DNA of 56,781 nt from Burkholderiales bacterium (GTDB lineage: Bacteria; Pseudomonadota; Gammaproteobacteria; Burkholderiales; UBA11063), in assembly GCA_019744945.1 (NCBI GenBank), contig JAIETT010000020.1:1-56781 (forward strand). The letters run 5' to 3'. Each line of letters starts with the position of its first letter. Within the stretch, counting starts at the first letter, position 1. The position numbers and the translations under genes were made by a program. The notes beneath the pieces are model-generated. The model did no database searches. It was not told the origin of the DNA and was given only the letters and a program-made list of their open reading frames with translations. Positions 1 to 11,075 of this stretch are shown here, piece after piece.

Positions 1-457
1 TTAGATCCATTGCTTGCGATAATAACTCATCTTGAGTCAATTGTTGTTTCATTTTATACTCCTGTTACAAACAATTTATTATAACAGTAAATCAAATTTA
101 CACAATTATTCTAACAGGCTCTTAGTCGTATCACTTTTAAAAGTTAATTTTATATCACAGCAACGTATTTTTATACAAAATGTCTTGCTACATGACAGTA
201 ATTAATTTATTGCATTTAATCTCCATCGGTAAGTAGCTCATGCACAATGAAATAAGCTTAATTGCGAGGTCTAAATTATTGCTCAATTTTTGAATCAATA
301 AGTCGTAGCCGTATCTAAAGAAACTATTTTGCTTGTAGCCGTGTTTTTTACTAAAATTGGCTTATACTTGCTCTAACTAACTAAACCAATTCTTTTAGTA
401 GCCTGAGCGAGCAATAATATCCCGTGGTAATACCTCCTAAATATACGCTGCTCTACG

Positions 458-1258
458 TTATGCTTTATTACAGATAACAAAATGATTCTTATTCTCATCT
501 GTAAACTTTTTAATCTCTATTTTAAAGACTTCTTCAATTGCGCCTGATTTAATAACCTCTTCTACAGTTGCATATGAGTAAATTTTTCCATGATTTAGTA
601 ATAATATGTAATCAGCATAATTTAATGCATGCTGAATTTCATGTAAGACCATGATTATGGTCTTACCTTGTTGATGGTTAAGGTTTCTTATCAGCTGCAT
701 GATTTCAAATTGAAATCTGATATCAAGATAAGTAGTTGGTTCATCCAGAAATAGATAGCTGCTATTTTGTGCTAATGACATTGCAATCCAGACACGCTGT
801 CGCTCTCCACCAGATAATTCATGCATAAAACTATCCGCAAGCTCTGTAAGATTAGTAACGGCAAGTGCCCACTTTACCTGTTTGTGATCTTCTTTCTTAT
901 TTTTATTAAACCATGAGGAATATGCATATCGTCCATATGTGACCAGTTGATTTACAGTAATATCTGTATGGGCTTCTGGAGATTGAGGTAGAATTGACAA
1001 TAACTTTGCCAGATCAATCCGGTTGATGTGACTAATATTTTGATCATTAATCATGATATTACCAGAGTGGCATGGAATCAGCCCAGATAGAGCTTTTAAC
1101 ATGGTTGATTTTCCTGAGCCATTTGGTCCAAGTATCGCAGTGATTTTACCATTGATAAGATTAATATTTATTTTATCCAGAATATCCTGCCGGTTATACT
1201 TTACGGATATTTCATTAGCTTTAAATATAATTTGTGGGGTTTGTTGGGTAATTTTCAT
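458..1258 (-). CDS. fecE: Iron-siderophore ABC transporter ATP-binding subunit (FecE/FhuC family)
   Basis: Walker A GPNGSGKST, signature LSGGERQR, Walker B LFLDEPTTYLD; last gene of an SBP-permease-permease-ATPase operon. Confidence 0.9.
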   Translation of the reverse strand: MKITQQTPQIIFKANEISVKYNRQDILDKININLINGKITAILGPNGSGKSTMLKALSGLIPCHSGNIMINDQNISHINRIDLAKLLSILPQSPEAHTDITVNQLVTYGRYAYSSWFNKNKKEDHKQVKWALAVTNLTELADSFMHELSGGERQRVWIAMSLAQNSSYLFLDEPTTYLDIRFQFEIMQLIRNLNHQQGKTIIMVLHEIQHALNYADYILLLNHGKIYSYATVEEVIKSGAIEEVFKIEIKKFTDENKNHFVICNKA

Positions 1259-2235
1259 GCTTCCTGTTTCATTGTACGCATAATATAAAGAAAATAAGGA
1301 ACTCCAATTATTATGCCGATTAATCCTGATGGAATTTCAAATGGCACCAAAATAATTCGTCCAATAGTATCGGAAAGTATGGTTAAACAAGATCCGATTA
1401 ATGCACTTCCTAAAAGATTATATTTATGTGAATATCCAAAAATTAAACGCGATATATTAGGTGATATCAGACCAATAAATCCAAGACTACCAACTCCTGC
1501 AACTGCTACGGCGGTAAGGAGTAATGCTAATATTATTATAATCAGTTTCCATTGGACACCCTTAAAACCGATACTACTTGCAATATCTTCAGATAACAAT
1601 AGAATATCGAGTTGCCTTGTAAAGCAAAAGGATAACCCAATCAGAAATAATGCTGGATAGAGGATAATCTGAATACTATGCCATGTTGTCGTATAAAGTG
1701 TTCCATTTACAAATGCTAGATACGCAGCAAGTTTTTGATCTTGTGCGATCAGCATAAACTGGCTGGCAGCACGGAAGAATGCACTAACTGCAACTCCTAT
1801 AATGATCAATCTTAAATGAGAGATATTTCGTTTTGATATTGAACAAATTAGTGTAATTGAAAATCCGGCAAGAGCACCAATTATTGAATATATTAAAATG
1901 GATTCATTTCCCATATCACCAAAACAGGTAATGCCAAGTAAGATAAATAGAATACTGGCTGCATTAACTCCCAATGTCTCAGAAGATGCGAGCCGATTAC
2001 GAAAGATGCATTGTAATAAACTACCAGAAAAAGCAAACATAGTACCACAAAGTAGAGCCATAACTAGTCGCGGTAATCGTACGTCATTTATCGCAAATTC
2101 ATGCGTTTTTTGTAAGATACAACTAATTACAAATGGTAGTGAATAAAAAGTATAACCCACCATTAATGATGCCAATGCTGTAATAATTAGAAACGCAGAT
2201 AAGAGTAAAATTTTAGTGCATCGGTTTATTTTCAT
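1255..2235 (-). CDS. fecD: Iron-siderophore ABC transporter permease (FecCD family)
   Basis: RLPR motif, FRNRLAS..LGVN, GFIGLISP; highly hydrophobic; 4-bp overlaps with neighbours. Confidence 0.85.
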   Translation of the reverse strand: MKINRCTKILLLSAFLIITALASLMVGYTFYSLPFVISCILQKTHEFAINDVRLPRLVMALLCGTMFAFSGSLLQCIFRNRLASSETLGVNAASILFILLGITCFGDMGNESILIYSIIGALAGFSITLICSISKRNISHLRLIIIGVAVSAFFRAASQFMLIAQDQKLAAYLAFVNGTLYTTTWHSIQIILYPALFLIGLSFCFTRQLDILLLSEDIASSIGFKGVQWKLIIIILALLLTAVAVAGVGSLGFIGLISPNISRLIFGYSHKYNLLGSALIGSCLTILSDTIGRIILVPFEIPSGLIGIIIGVPYFLYIMRTMKQEA

Positions 2236-3242
2236 GATTGTACTCGTGTTAATCTAGAAGAAAATATTAAAATTGGAGCACCAATTATTGCCATGAAAAT
2301 ACCCAAAGAAATTTCCTGATCTACATACATATAACGCATCAAACAATCTGCAGCCAATAACAGAATCGCACCAACAAGACTAGTCATTATGCAAAAATGG
2401 TAAGGATTACGCGCCTTTAATAGCGACTTACTTAAGTGAACGGCAATTAGGGGGAAAAATAGCAATTGACCAATCATTGTAACGGCCAGTGAGCAGAGCA
2501 CAACAATCAGGCAGAAAATAATAATCAGTAACTGGTTGGTATTAACCCCGATGGAGAGGGCAATTTCTTTACCAAGACTTAATAGATATATTTTCTTTGC
2601 AAGTAGTATACTAATCAGAGTCATTATTATTATAAATGGTGCAATAATTTCTATCTTGTGCCAGCTAGTACCAGCAAGAGATCCATTAAGAGTCACTAGC
2701 ATGCCGCCAGTTTTATCTGGGAAAAGAATAATTAAAATCTGACCTAATGCGTAGAGGAAAATATTTATTGCTTGTCCAACTAGCACCAATTTTAGAGTCG
2801 AGGTGCCAATGAGTGACATTATAGCATAAACAATAAGTCCACTAAGTACACCGCCTATCATTGCGGCTAATATGATTCCTGAGATAGAAGTAAATGGAAT
2901 AATAATTAGACAGAGTAAGATACCAATAATGGCTCCTTGATTAATTCCAAGAAGGCTTGGGCAGGCAAGTGGGTTTCTAGTTATATAGTATAAAATTGCA
3001 CCAGCGAGGGCAAAGCTACTTCCAGACATAACCGCTGCAATTGTGCGTGGCAAACGTGTTACTGCAATAATATGACAAATTGTTTCATGGTTACTTTGAC
3101 CAAGGCAATTACTAATTTGCTGCAAAGATGATTTGACTGCTCCTAAAGTTAATGAATAAAAGAATAAACTAGTTAGAATAACTAGCAGGAATAAGTACTG
3201 AATAATATATTGTTGAAACCTGCTAATTGTGTTTGCTGTCAT
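2232..3242 (-). CDS. fecC: Iron-siderophore ABC transporter permease (FecCD family)
   Basis: TRLPR, TRNPLACPSLLGINQGA motifs; hydrophobic. Confidence 0.85.
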   Translation of the reverse strand: MTANTISRFQQYIIQYLFLLVILTSLFFYSLTLGAVKSSLQQISNCLGQSNHETICHIIAVTRLPRTIAAVMSGSSFALAGAILYYITRNPLACPSLLGINQGAIIGILLCLIIIPFTSISGIILAAMIGGVLSGLIVYAIMSLIGTSTLKLVLVGQAINIFLYALGQILIILFPDKTGGMLVTLNGSLAGTSWHKIEIIAPFIIIMTLISILLAKKIYLLSLGKEIALSIGVNTNQLLIIIFCLIVVLCSLAVTMIGQLLFFPLIAVHLSKSLLKARNPYHFCIMTSLVGAILLLAADCLMRYMYVDQEISLGIFMAIIGAPILIFSSRLTRVQS

Positions 3243-3265
3243 TAAATAAATGCTTTAAGAGTAAT

Positions 3266-4258
3266 TTACTTGTTTGAGTTCGTGGTGGGTTTAGCTGTCA
3301 GAAAACCGCTTGAAATAGCTCTATTGTACATGATTTCCAGAGTTTCAATGCCATGACTACGTGCCCAAATATCGCGATCCATAAAATATACCTGATGTTG
3401 CTGGTTTGCACGAACATCAGCCCACAAAGGATCAGTGGATAATTTTGTATATGGAGCCATTGATCCTTCGGTAAGAAGTACAATGATCTGGTCTGGATTA
3501 TATTCAAGAATTGCCTCTGTAGATAAATCCATAACTTGAGTACGCTCGGTCTTTTTTATTACATTTTTACGATTTAATTCAGTCAAGATTGAAGTAGCTA
3601 ATGCATTTGCGGTTAATGCTTTAAACACACCAGCAGGAGTTACATAGCCGATCAACACAGTTTTTTGTCCACCTTTTTTAGCAATAGTTTCAGCTTTGGT
3701 TTTTATTTGTTGATAGTTGTTTAGAATTGCTGGAACTTTACTTTCAGTATCTGTTATTTGTGCAAGTATCTTCAGGTTTTTTATTTGTTCATCAGAATTA
3801 CCATAAATACCATTTAATAGCACGGTTGGAGCAATCTTATTTAATTGCGGACTTAAATTAGAAATATAGGCAGCTTCCCCAAGAATGAGATCAGGTTTTA
3901 ATTTGGCAATTGCTTCTAGATTTGGAATATCACGTGCGCCAACCCCAACTGCATTTTTTGCCATTGGTTTCAGATAATCTGGAATATCTCCTTCTCCTGG
4001 ATAGTTTTGTCCATAGCCAACAGGCTTGACTCCCAGCAAGTTCAATTCATCCATTAGACCAAATTCAAGTACAACGATTCGTTGGGGTTTATTTTTTATA
4101 ATTGCGCTGCCATTTTGAGTCGTAATTTTCAATGGATAGCTCGTGGCTGCGTAGGATGAAGTTGAGATTATTGAGATAATAGTTATGCCTAACGTTTTCT
4201 TTACTACATTTTCAAGTCGTGTGAATTTTTGATTAATCAATAGTTTAAAGTTAAACAT
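3266..4258 (-). CDS. fecB: Iron-siderophore periplasmic binding protein (FecB-like); true start probably somewhat downstream
   Basis: Signal peptide, PQRIVVLE, PNLEAIAKLKPDLI, IAPTV, WARSHGI motifs. Confidence 0.8.
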   Translation of the reverse strand: MFNFKLLINQKFTRLENVVKKTLGITIISIISTSSYAATSYPLKITTQNGSAIIKNKPQRIVVLEFGLMDELNLLGVKPVGYGQNYPGEGDIPDYLKPMAKNAVGVGARDIPNLEAIAKLKPDLILGEAAYISNLSPQLNKIAPTVLLNGIYGNSDEQIKNLKILAQITDTESKVPAILNNYQQIKTKAETIAKKGGQKTVLIGYVTPAGVFKALTANALATSILTELNRKNVIKKTERTQVMDLSTEAILEYNPDQIIVLLTEGSMAPYTKLSTDPLWADVRANQQHQVYFMDRDIWARSHGIETLEIMYNRAISSGFLTAKPTTNSNK

Positions 4259-4510
4259 TAAATTTCCTTATACAAATATTTATATGATGATTGACATCAA
4301 TAATTTGTGTAGTAGTGCTGATCATGAATTAGGCACATTACCATAATGAAGTGTACAGCGAATCTGTAAATAGTGATACCGCCAAATTAGTTGGTTGTTA
4401 GCGGCATTAATTAAGTATTATAAACTATATGGGCTTTATCTATGATATTATCCTAGGTGTTTATTAGTCCCATAGTGCAATTTATTTTATTATAACTGGT
4501 TAAGTACGAA

Positions 4511-5217
4511 ATGACAATTCAGCAATATTTATTAAAATCTTTTACCCAAAACTCTGAAAATATAGCAATAATCCATGATGGAATTTCTCTTAGTTATGAA
4601 GAACTTTATGCTTCTGCACTAAAAATTGCCAGTGTTTTATCCGAAAAAAATTAGAGCAAGCCAGCATTGCCTTAATCTACGAAAATAAATTGCAACTGGT
4701 TATTGCTATGCTGGGAGTTATATTATCGCGTAACATCTTTGTTCCAATTCCATGCAAAACGCCCTTAGCCAGAATTAAACAAATTTTGCAAATAAGTGGT
4801 GCTCAGCTGATACTAAGTGATCAGGAGTCGATCCTTGATACAGGAATAGATGAATTTAACTCCTTGAAACTTCTTTGTGATTTTAAGCTACCTGATTATA
4901 CGCCCAAAAGCGGAGAGATTGATGATTTATCGCATATCTATTTTACTTCGGGTTCAACTGGAGAACCGAAAGGAATTAAGGGCAGAAATGGATCTTTGCT
5001 ATCTTTTATGCTGTGGATGATAAAAGAGTTTGAGATTGCATGGATGGCTCTGGGTTATCTATTTAGCAGAGTTGCAGTCAGTAAATTATTGAAGTATCTT
5101 GGTTTTAAAAAAATGTTAACCATTTGTAATATTGGAGCTTTTATTAGTATGCTGATGTTTTGTTTGATAGATAAACCATATAGCCATGATTGGACTAATC
5201 GGGCAGTTTTGCTTTAA
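4511..5217 (+). pseudogene. NRPS adenylation-domain remnant, frameshifted and fused to a membrane-transporter-like fragment
   Basis: ATG at 4511 gives MTIQQYLL...LSYEEL (A1 motif), frame breaks at the A-run near 4644-4650; second frame has A3 motif HIYFTSGSTGEPKG, then switches abruptly to hydrophobic MFS-like sequence. Confidence 0.75.
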
Positions 5218-5321
5218 TCAATTGAGTACGGAATCTGGACAAAAAATAGTTAATCATGAAAATAAATAACATACAAATTTAAGTAATATATAAATACTTA
5301 AGCTATTACAACCCAAAAATT

Positions 5322-5353
5322 GATTTCACTATTATAACAATAATAGTGAAATC
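5322..5353. repeat. Perfect inverted repeat (14-bp arms, 4-nt centre)
   Basis: GATTTCACTATTAT-AACA-ATAATAGTGAAATC. Confidence 0.85.
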
Positions 5354-5415
5354 TATTTGTTTCTGAGTTAGAATTAGTGTAGCTATTAATTAACAGTTTA
5401 TTAATTAAAATATTG

Positions 5416-5443
5416 TTGCATTTAATTTCTGGTGTGATATAAT
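5416..5443 (+). promoter_or_regulatory. Putative sigma70 promoter with extended -10
   Basis: TTGCAT-16 nt-TATAAT with TGn before the -10. Confidence 0.5.
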
Positions 5444-5849
5444 TATGACTATAGCTAGGCATGATGTTGATCCTTCGTTATTAAGGAAAAGCAGTAAGAT
5501 AAAAAGTTGGTTGCTTTTTATTTTACCAATGATAGCAAAAAAATCTAACAGGTGAAAGCAAAGTACTTCCACCGTTAAACCGCTTAAGTCCGCAAAACTT
5601 TAAAGCTAATCAAGCCATCTCATATAAAGGCATTTGTAATTCTTTTATGATGTGGCTTTGCGTTCACTTATACGCAATAGAAATTAATTCGCATTAATTC
5701 ACGAGCTTACGAGCAATAACCTTGCAAGTGACACGTTGATATTATACATGACGTGTAATACAATGTCAAATCATATCCAAATATCCATGATGTCTTAATA
5801 CTGGTTTGCTCATTTAACATATGTTTAATTGAGGTATTAATCACGTATT

Positions 5850-6977
5850 ATGACTTTCAAAATCTCCACTCAAAATAGACTTCAAGATGAAAGTATTTAC
5901 GGTTATGTAGAGAGTAAATACTACATTAATTCAGGATGTTATGATATTGAAATATCCATTGTCGAGTCTTATCGCTGTAAAGATAATTCATTATACCCTA
6001 CCGATAAAAAAATAAAATTTAACAGTGTCAATGTATCTGATGCAAAAAATCTACGTATTGGATCCTATGTTGCCATCTATATCAAACAAGATGGTAGCAA
6101 AATTCTCCGTGTTTATGAAGAAAATAAGAAGCTAAAAACTCTTAATCATAAGCCATTTAGTGACACTATGTTAATTAGCTTATCAGAAAAATATAATATT
6201 GTATTTATTGGTAGTAGTATAGGATATGGCGATGTAATCAAAGAACATAGATTGGCTAGGATTATTGATTTATCTCCGACAACATTAGAAAAATATAAAT
6301 TAATTGAATCACTTAAAAAGGTTGAAAAGTTACAAGCTGATGGCGTTCAAGTTGATATACTTGCAATAGGTGTTGGTGGTACTCAAACACATCAGATGTT
6401 TAATGATCAACAAGTTATTTACCATTTTAATCGGATTCCAAATGTCACTAAATACGTCGGTTTAGGTCATTTCAATACGGTTAAATCAGAAATTAGAAAT
6501 TTCGCAACGGAGTCTTTTCGTAGCCCTACAGAAATGGGGTTAGCCTTAGATAAAAACCTTAATTCTGCACTTGAAAAGTTGATGCCAGTAATTATTCCAG
6601 CTCCAATCACACCAGCTATTCAACATAACAATACAATCAACAATAGCACAACAGTACATCATAATGAGATAAAGTCTGATAACAAGAAAATAAAAATTGG
6701 TGTTGTTGCTGCTTTAATATTAGCTTCTATTGCGATTGGTCTTGTTATATACGATAAATCAACTCCTGCAATGGCTATATCTACATTACCAAATGAATCT
6801 ACTGTATCACAGTCACCTAATAGTAGCACCATAACATCTAAAAATAAGCACAAAGTTAAGAAAATTAGAAAGCCAACTAAGAAGAAATCTTCATCAACGC
6901 CTAGTCAATCACCTGTCCAACCACAGAATAATGTTGAACCAGCAACGCCTGTAGATTCATCTTTTCAATTGAATTAA
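5850..6977 (+). CDS. Protein with exonuclease VII large-subunit-like catalytic segment, C-terminal TM helix and basic/Ser-Pro tail
   Basis: DILAIGVGG..FNDQQV..VGLGH..FATESFRSPT resembles XseA DVIIVGRGGG..FNDE..SAVGH..FVADLRAPTP; TM IGVVAALILASIAIGLVIY. Confidence 0.55.
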   Translation: MTFKISTQNRLQDESIYGYVESKYYINSGCYDIEISIVESYRCKDNSLYPTDKKIKFNSVNVSDAKNLRIGSYVAIYIKQDGSKILRVYEENKKLKTLNHKPFSDTMLISLSEKYNIVFIGSSIGYGDVIKEHRLARIIDLSPTTLEKYKLIESLKKVEKLQADGVQVDILAIGVGGTQTHQMFNDQQVIYHFNRIPNVTKYVGLGHFNTVKSEIRNFATESFRSPTEMGLALDKNLNSALEKLMPVIIPAPITPAIQHNNTINNSTTVHHNEIKSDNKKIKIGVVAALILASIAIGLVIYDKSTPAMAISTLPNESTVSQSPNSSTITSKNKHKVKKIRKPTKKKSSSTPSQSPVQPQNNVEPATPVDSSFQLN

Positions 6978-7062
6978 CATAATAAAGCAATCACTTTTCT
7001 TAATTTTTATATTGACCATTTAGCGTTCAACTAAGTATTATCCAATTTTAAGGGGTAATATT

Positions 7063-8196
7063 ATGTCGTTAAATTTATCAATTACTGCAGCAAAATCTGT
7101 ATTCATTAGTGCTAATGAACAAATATCACTTATAACCACGAATTCTGATGTCTATAGAATACGATTGTTTTTGAATGAGTACCGAAATTCTAAAATGACG
7201 TATAAATCATATAAATCAATTATGTTTAGGTTTTATCTATGGGTTTATCATAATAAGTTAACTTTAGACACACTAACTCGAGCCAATATTCTTGCTTATT
7301 ATAATTTTATATCCGATCCAGATCCAACTTGGTTTGGCAAATCCCATAAATATGAAAGTCCAAAATGGAAACCATTTAGCAAAAAACTATCAATTAATTC
7401 AATACTATTACACATGAGAATTATCAGGCAAATGTTCAGCTATTTGTTTAACATTGATTTATTGGAAAAGAATATATTAAGCTACCCTATTCACCAAAAA
7501 CCAACTACAACTGATCAATACAAAAGCATACGAATTTTATTGACTTCTGAGTTAAATTTACTGGAGAACTATATTTCTGCCTTGCCAACTAAAAGCTATA
7601 AGCAACAGGAGGTTAAAGCTAGAATTAGTTTATTATTTAAGCTATTGTATTATACTGGTTGTAGAAAATCTGAATTAAGCAATGCTAGAATGTCTGATCT
7701 AGAAATTACAAGGGATCAAGTCTGGATTAATGTATTTGGCAAAGGCAATAAATATGGCAAAATCCCAGTTCCAATTCCACTACTTCAAGAAATAGAAAAA
7801 TATAGAAAATTCCATCTCTTGCCATCGCTATTTCACCGTAAATCTATTGAAACTCATATACCTCTCATTATTAAATCAACTACTAAGCCCTATCAATCAG
7901 TTTCTAGTGATTGGATCTATCAAACTGTCAAAAAAATATGTCATCGAGCTGCGAACTTACAAGTTGATCCAGTTATTGCCTATAAAATGCAATTAGTTTC
8001 ACCACATTGGTTTCGACATACTTCAGCTACTACGCAGTTAGAGTCTGGTATTGATATGAGAATAGTACAAAATAATCTTAGACATTCGTCAATTCAAACC
8101 ACATTACGTTATTTACACACTTCAAATGACTATCGATATTTTGAGACAATTAGTAAATTTCCTAGGAAATTAATTGTGGATAACTTTTTTTCATAA
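7063..8196 (+). CDS. Tyrosine recombinase (XerC/D-like, probable plasmid resolvase)
   Basis: Catalytic set TGCRKSE, GKGNK, HWFRH, LRHSS, TLRY. Confidence 0.9.
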   Translation: MSLNLSITAAKSVFISANEQISLITTNSDVYRIRLFLNEYRNSKMTYKSYKSIMFRFYLWVYHNKLTLDTLTRANILAYYNFISDPDPTWFGKSHKYESPKWKPFSKKLSINSILLHMRIIRQMFSYLFNIDLLEKNILSYPIHQKPTTTDQYKSIRILLTSELNLLENYISALPTKSYKQQEVKARISLLFKLLYYTGCRKSELSNARMSDLEITRDQVWINVFGKGNKYGKIPVPIPLLQEIEKYRKFHLLPSLFHRKSIETHIPLIIKSTTKPYQSVSSDWIYQTVKKICHRAANLQVDPVIAYKMQLVSPHWFRHTSATTQLESGIDMRIVQNNLRHSSIQTTLRYLHTSNDYRYFETISKFPRKLIVDNFFS

Positions 8197-8781
8197 TTTC
8201 GGGTAGCACAACCTAACAATAGCCTATATTAGCTAGTGAGACTACACTAGCTAATGCTTATAAATGGGGTTTGCTCCCAAAAATAGCAAAAAATGCTAAA
8301 CATAACAGCAATGCAAGAACCTATACTATATACTTTATACTCTTTCAGAGTAATTACCCACATGGTTGTTGATAACAACCCTGCGGTGTTGGTGCAAGCA
8401 CCAAGATAAAGATAACGCACAACGACGTGCGTAGTAAACCTGACTGTTTTAACTATAAACGTAACTTCCATGTAATGCTACTAAAAATCACCTACGGTGT
8501 ATTAAGTGTAAGGGGCTCGATGAACTCGCCCCTTATAAACCCCATTCATTAGTCTTTTATTTTAAATGTGCTTAACAATAAAATATCTCTTTACTTATGT
8601 CTGGGTAACCAAGACGTGAAAGCAGATGTTTTTCTGAGACTGATCCACGAATAGAGGTTTTGATTATTTGAGGTTCTGGGTAGAGGCGCAGTCCAATGAT
8701 GCTCTATTGAGACCGAACTGCGGAATATGATGTATTTTATTTGATGTTTCTGGGTTTAGTATAACCACAATATAAACGATG

Positions 8782-9276
8782 TTATAATTTACTTAGTACT
8801 ATCTTTGCCCCATCGTGATATTTCTTCATAGTAGAAACGATGTTTTCATTGAATATTTCTCGATGAGCGTCGAATAAACACCCAGTTCTATTATTTAGTC
8901 GGATATAAATTTGAGAATTGAGGTATGCTTCATAAATGGCAATATGGATATATATTGGATTGTTGATATTAAGTTCTTTTGCAACCAAATCAATGAAGCT
9001 GATTATTTTTGCAGCATGATAATTTTGAAATTCAATACTCATATTATTTTGAGCGTGCTCTAATACTTCACGTATCAAAAGAGCTTTAGTTGGATCTTGC
9101 TGTTTATAATGGTACAGCTCTGTAATAAAAAATGTCGAATAATGAAGTAATACTATTCCGCTATTGATAAATTCTGGCTCTGGAGCTAATGATCCTTGCA
9201 GCGACTGTTTTAACTTCAATATTGGATTATAGAAATTTTCAAAGTCGGTTGGGACTTTATTTTGTTTTTTCTTCAA
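8782..9276 (-). CDS. Hypothetical protein
   Basis: 164-aa ORF with protein-like composition; no motif recognised. Confidence 0.55.
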   Translation of the reverse strand: MKKKQNKVPTDFENFYNPILKLKQSLQGSLAPEPEFINSGIVLLHYSTFFITELYHYKQQDPTKALLIREVLEHAQNNMSIEFQNYHAAKIISFIDLVAKELNINNPIYIHIAIYEAYLNSQIYIRLNNRTGCLFDAHREIFNENIVSTMKKYHDGAKIVLSKL

Positions 9277-9779
9277 TATTCAAATACCATACAAATAAAA
9301 TACAATTGACTATTATTAATTTATAAATATCATACATTTCAAATACAAACAACATTTATAATATGACGAATATAAACACAATAAATATTTTTGTATGCTA
9401 TTTAATATACTTTTAACATACAGATAACATTTATTTACAATACTATGTTAGGTAGCCCCATTTTACAAATAGTTCTTTAAATTCGGAGTTATTTTGGTTT
9501 ATTAGAAAAAATAAATACTCCAATGGTGCAATTATTTTAACTATCTGATATTTTATCATTAAATGATGTTAGATACAATACAAATCACATACAAGCAATA
9601 TAGAAATGTAGTTGATATGAAAATGAAAATCTATTTTTATATTTTGTTTAACATCTTTATAACATACAAATAATACCTACATCAAATACAAGTATATGGT
9701 ATTCAAAATACTGCAATTGTCATTGCTTTGCAAATCCGCCATAGTTTTATTACAATTGTTTACAGTATAATTCATAATT

Positions 9780-10217
9780 CTAATAACTTTTGACGTAGGC
9801 ATCATAAAAAGAATTTGACTTCCGATCGCCCCAAGTTATAAACATAAATTTAACAGTATTAGTAAATTTACTGTACCAACTTTTAGATTTAGACACTTCG
9901 AAATAATAAACTATTGCCATAAATCTTAGGTCAGTAGATAATTGTTTAATTGATGACTCACTTTGGGTTTTTCTCATGAAGTTTATAATAAAACCATCAG
10001 ATTTTTTTATTACTTCTGTTCCTGAAACCAATCCATAACACTTTTCACCTTTGTCGTAAAACAATTTTTGCTCATTATTAGCTAATAGTTCACTCAATGT
10101 TTCATCTTCTAGATATTTACTCAATACTAGTTTTATTTGCTGAATTCTGATTAATTTGTATATTACAAACAAAACTAAAAGCGTCAAAGCTACCGCAATT
10201 ATGATTAATTCTGACAT
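9780..10217 (-). CDS. Hypothetical protein with N-terminal TM anchor
   Basis: AGGAG RBS; hydrophobic N-terminus; weak resemblance to 39019-39366. Confidence 0.7.
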   Translation of the reverse strand: MSELIIIAVALTLLVLFVIYKLIRIQQIKLVLSKYLEDETLSELLANNEQKLFYDKGEKCYGLVSGTEVIKKSDGFIINFMRKTQSESSIKQLSTDLRFMAIVYYFEVSKSKSWYSKFTNTVKFMFITWGDRKSNSFYDAYVKSY

Positions 10218-10347
10218 GATATTACTCCTTATAAATTTAATGAATTTTAGAATTTTTATTATTATTTTATATTCTGAGTTTTGGTTAAATTATCTAATTA
10301 TTATAACAACTTTCAGAACAAGATGGCGTATAACATTGATTATAAAA

Positions 10348-10521
10348 TCAACTATTTTCTACTTCAATATAGCTGGACTCCTCTTCACAAAATTCATCGC
10401 CATAGTTTTCATACATATCCGCAATTACATCTTCCCATGTTTTATTAGTGTTAATAAACCAATAGCCTAAAAGATCATTATTGTGATCTTTAGCTTGAAA
10501 AACTTTAGGGTAATTTGGCAT
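10348..10521 (-). CDS. Small acidic hypothetical protein (57 aa, MPNYPKVFQAKDH...)
   Basis: Read manually; GAGG RBS 5 nt before ATG; lies downstream of operator at 10594. Confidence 0.45.
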   Translation of the reverse strand: MPNYPKVFQAKDHNNDLLGYWFINTNKTWEDVIADMYENYGDEFCEEESSYIEVENS

Positions 10522-10593
10522 AGCAACCTCATTTTACTTGATATTAATTTTCTATTGCCAAGATACATTTTATAAGTTTTGATTAAATATTTA

Positions 10594-10611
10594 ATACCCA
10601 AATATGGGTAT
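10594..10611. promoter_or_regulatory. Palindromic operator ATACCC-N6-GGGTAT, copy 1 of 9
   Basis: ATACCCaaatatGGGTAT. Confidence 0.75.
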
Positions 10612-10690
10612 TTTATTCGGATTTTGCATAAAATAAATTGTCATATATCTTCCAAATAGATGAATATTAAAACACATACCTACCTATAAC

Positions 10691-10972
10691 TTATCCACAA
10701 CCCCTCTTCATCTTTAATCAATAAAAGCCATGCGGCGTTTGAGCCCCCACATCCAAAAAAATCACTATTATTCCGCAATAAAATTGTTAATTAGTGCGTG
10801 CTGTTGATAAAGTGTAGGATAAGATGTCGGGCAAAATGTGGTCAATGGCGGTGGTCAGGTAGCACAGCGTAAGCTGTCCACGGGCTTGTCCATAATTTGT
10901 CCACACTTATTCACTTTTATCACCAGTGGAAAGCACGTTTTGCTCGCAAAAATTCATAATTTTATTGCGGAA
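10691..10972. other. DnaA box plus ~200-nt imperfect hairpin with DnaA-box-like stems (candidate origin or single-strand initiation element)
   Basis: TTATCCACA at 10691; perfect 15-bp IR 10771-10785/10958-10972; internal TGTCCAC/TTGTCCACA/TTATTCAC motifs. Confidence 0.5.
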
Positions 10973-11075
10973 CGGTTTGCTTAACCATCAAACTACACCA
11001 ATGTAAGTCTGAACAAAAGGCGGAGCGCGAGGGTGCCTTTAGCTCTCGCATTAAAATTATTTCTCACATAAAAAC

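Noticed and set aside
5553-5665. c-di-GMP-I riboswitch (GCAAA...CGCAAAAC)
   Set aside because: Lacks the GNRA-capped P2 stem and receptor arrangement
7063-8196. Integron integrase
   Set aside because: No IntI-specific insertion recognised and no attC cassette array adjacent
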